A stretch of DNA of 63,675 nt, filler included, from Octopus bimaculoides (Eukaryota): NCBI RefSeq assembly GCF_001194135.2. It is 6 parts of 6 records of this genome, joined end to end, with 100 filler letters (N's around TTAATTAATTAA, not from the genome) between each part and the next. Parts side by side here need not be neighbours in the genome. Positions count along the whole stretch, not along the records: positions 58,375 to 61,770 come from NC_069009.1; positions 61,871 to 63,675 come from NW_026338092.1; 4 more parts are not named here. One strand, 5' to 3'. The notes under the pieces were generated by a model. That model was not told the origin of the DNA. It worked only from the letters and a program-made list of their open reading frames with translations, and ran no database searches. Numbering within the stretch: position 1 is the stretch's first letter; each line of letters opens with the position of its first letter. The position numbers were made by a program, and so were the translations under genes. This document shows positions 61,575-63,675 of the stretch, in pieces.

Positions 61575-61739
61575 AGCGCGGGAGTGGCTGTGTGGTAAGT
61601 AGCTTGCTTACCAACCACTTGGTTCTGGGTTCAGTCACACTGCGTGGCACCTTGGGCAAGTGTTTTCTACTATAGCCTTGGGCCGACCAAAGCCTTGTGA
61701 GTGGATTTGGTAGACGGAAACTGAAAGAAGCCTGTCGTA

Positions 61740-61770
<31 letters not shown>
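61575..61770 (+). mobile_element. SINE family A 5' half ending in (TA)n at the scaffold join
   Basis: GCGCGGGAGTGGCTGTGTGGTAAGTAGCTTGC...GAAAGAAGCCTGTCGTATAT. Confidence 0.92.
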
Positions 61771-61870
61771 NNNNNNNNNNNNNNNNNNNNNNNNNNNNNN
61801 NNNNNNNNNNNNNNTTAATTAATTAANNNNNNNNNNNNNNNNNNNNNNNNNNNNNNNNNNNNNNNNNNNN

Positions 61871-61917
<47 letters not shown>

Positions 61918-62614
61918 GTGCGCTATGGTATGAGTGGGTGGAGTATATGTGTATGAATTCGTGATTGAATGACTATATTATATACACACAAACACACAAA
62001 GACACACATACATATAAAGCAATATAAATTTATACATTTACATAAATGTCAATAAAGCTACATGTGTAAATCAATCATTAGCAATGATCACGTGTTTATG
62101 ATTAGGTTTAGTAAAATATAAAAATATACGTATTTAATAGGGCCTTTCACGTATATAATCATGATATCCAATGCCCGAGCATTAATTGACTATAATCGAA
62201 ATGGGGGACAAAAAATGTTGACTCTCTTTAAATACAAAAAAATACAGATATTCATGTGCAACATATATGTATGCGTATGTGATTGCGTGTGGTTGCGTGT
62301 ATGTATGTGTGTTTGTGCGTGTGTGTGTCGGAGAGAGAGAGAGAAAGAGAAGTGACAGAAAATGGAAGAGAGAGAGAGAGAGGTTAAAAGTGTGTTACAG
62401 TTAAAAAACCATTGGGACAGTCATTTTGCCAATGAAAAGACACGCACTGGTTACAGTCTAATTTTCTTATTCTCTTTTCCTTCATCGTTCAGTCTCCAAA
62501 CTTTTTGTCATATTATCCGACTAAATTCTTAATTGGTTATCAATTGACAATTATCTAATTGTGTTTGAATTTCTTTTGTAATGTATGTATATCTGGCTAA
62601 ACGCTAAGTTCTAA

Positions 62615-62688
<74 letters not shown>

Positions 62689-62926
62689 ATGTATATAATA
62701 TGTATATATATATATATATATATCTATATATATACATGTATATATGTGGGTGTGTATATAATATATAGATATCTATACACTTGTATACATACATATAGCC
62801 CTTCTTGTTTATTTTCACTGTTTCGTTTTCTTGTCGTGTTTTCTGTTCGCCACTATATTCCTCCGCGTTACAAATTTAATTTGTTTCCGCGGGAAAAGCC
62901 ATTCTTACAATGCGTCCTGCCCTAAC

Positions 62927-63143
62927 TCTTCGAAACGCTTAGTTTTAGAATGGTGGCAGCAGATGAAGAAAATGTTCTCTATGTGGCCTGTGTGTTTCCT
63001 GTGCTCTGTTTATGTTCTGTTTCTCATTTTGCCCACGTTTTCTTATGACTTCCTGTATCCAGATATGCATCTATATATACATGTAGACGTAGGTATGTAC
63101 ATACATGTACGTATATATGCATATACTCACATATTATTTGTAT

Positions 63144-63145
<2 letters not shown>
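62927..63145 (+). mobile_element. Repeat family D copy
   Basis: Collinear with 43149-43320 and 19680-19950. Confidence 0.8.
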
Positions 63146-63212
<67 letters not shown>

Positions 63213-63675
63213 TAAGTATATATATATATATACACATATGTAATAGAAATATTGTGTGTTTCTTAAATGGTTTATAAACACCTTCCACGCTGCAATTGTC
63301 TTCGTTCCAGTACACGATCTCAAATCAGGTCATTTGCTATGCATGTACATCTCCAAAATAGAAATATTATTATTTCTAAATCTCTCTAAAGGAGACTACA
63401 ACAGCAGTACTGGGAATTAATAGTTATCGCCAAGGTGGCATGGCAGTCCAGAAAAAAAAAAAACTCCAATACAACCTTCTAACAGACAGTCAACAGTGAC
63501 GCCTGCTGCGTTCGGCTACTCCATATTGATAAGGGGCAAATATTCCGAAATTAGTCTGTGGATGCTTGAACCAGCATGGGAAAGCGGATGACCTCCCCTA
63601 TTCGAAGGTTTTAATGGACACATGTTCGTGTGTCACGTAGCTAGCTAGAGGCGATGGCCTCTTGGAGCTAATCAA

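Overview
Animal genomic DNA, about one-sixth N, saturated with microsatellites and transposon debris. The repeat families look like those of an octopus or other coleoid cephalopod (recalled, not searched). Five identical 100-bp joins (44 N + TTAATTAATTAA + 44 N) split the window into six blocks: 1-16441, 16542-43048, 43149-53401, 53502-58274, 58375-61770 and 61871-63675. Adjacency and orientation between blocks are unproven. The only firmly identified host gene is four consecutive + strand exons (58854-61027) of the CCR4/CNOT6 deadenylase nuclease domain. The rest is at least four tRNA-derived SINE families, RTE, L2/CR1 and R4/Dong LINE remnants, and hAT, Tc1/mariner, piggyBac and Merlin-like DNA elements. 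Most notable: (i) a short repeat with a minimal hammerhead-ribozyme-like fold; (ii) a fold-back Merlin-like MITE carrying a telomeric hairpin, inserted on the stop codon of an R4-like LINE; (iii) a hAT remnant that, from memory, closely matches primate Charlie3/MER1; (iv) a 56-bp triplication of a CNOT6 splice donor that creates frameshifting alternative donors; (v) head-to-tail SINE arrays on (ATT)n tails. No prokaryotic systems or CRISPR arrays are present. Most ORF-track entries are microsatellite or N-gap artefacts.
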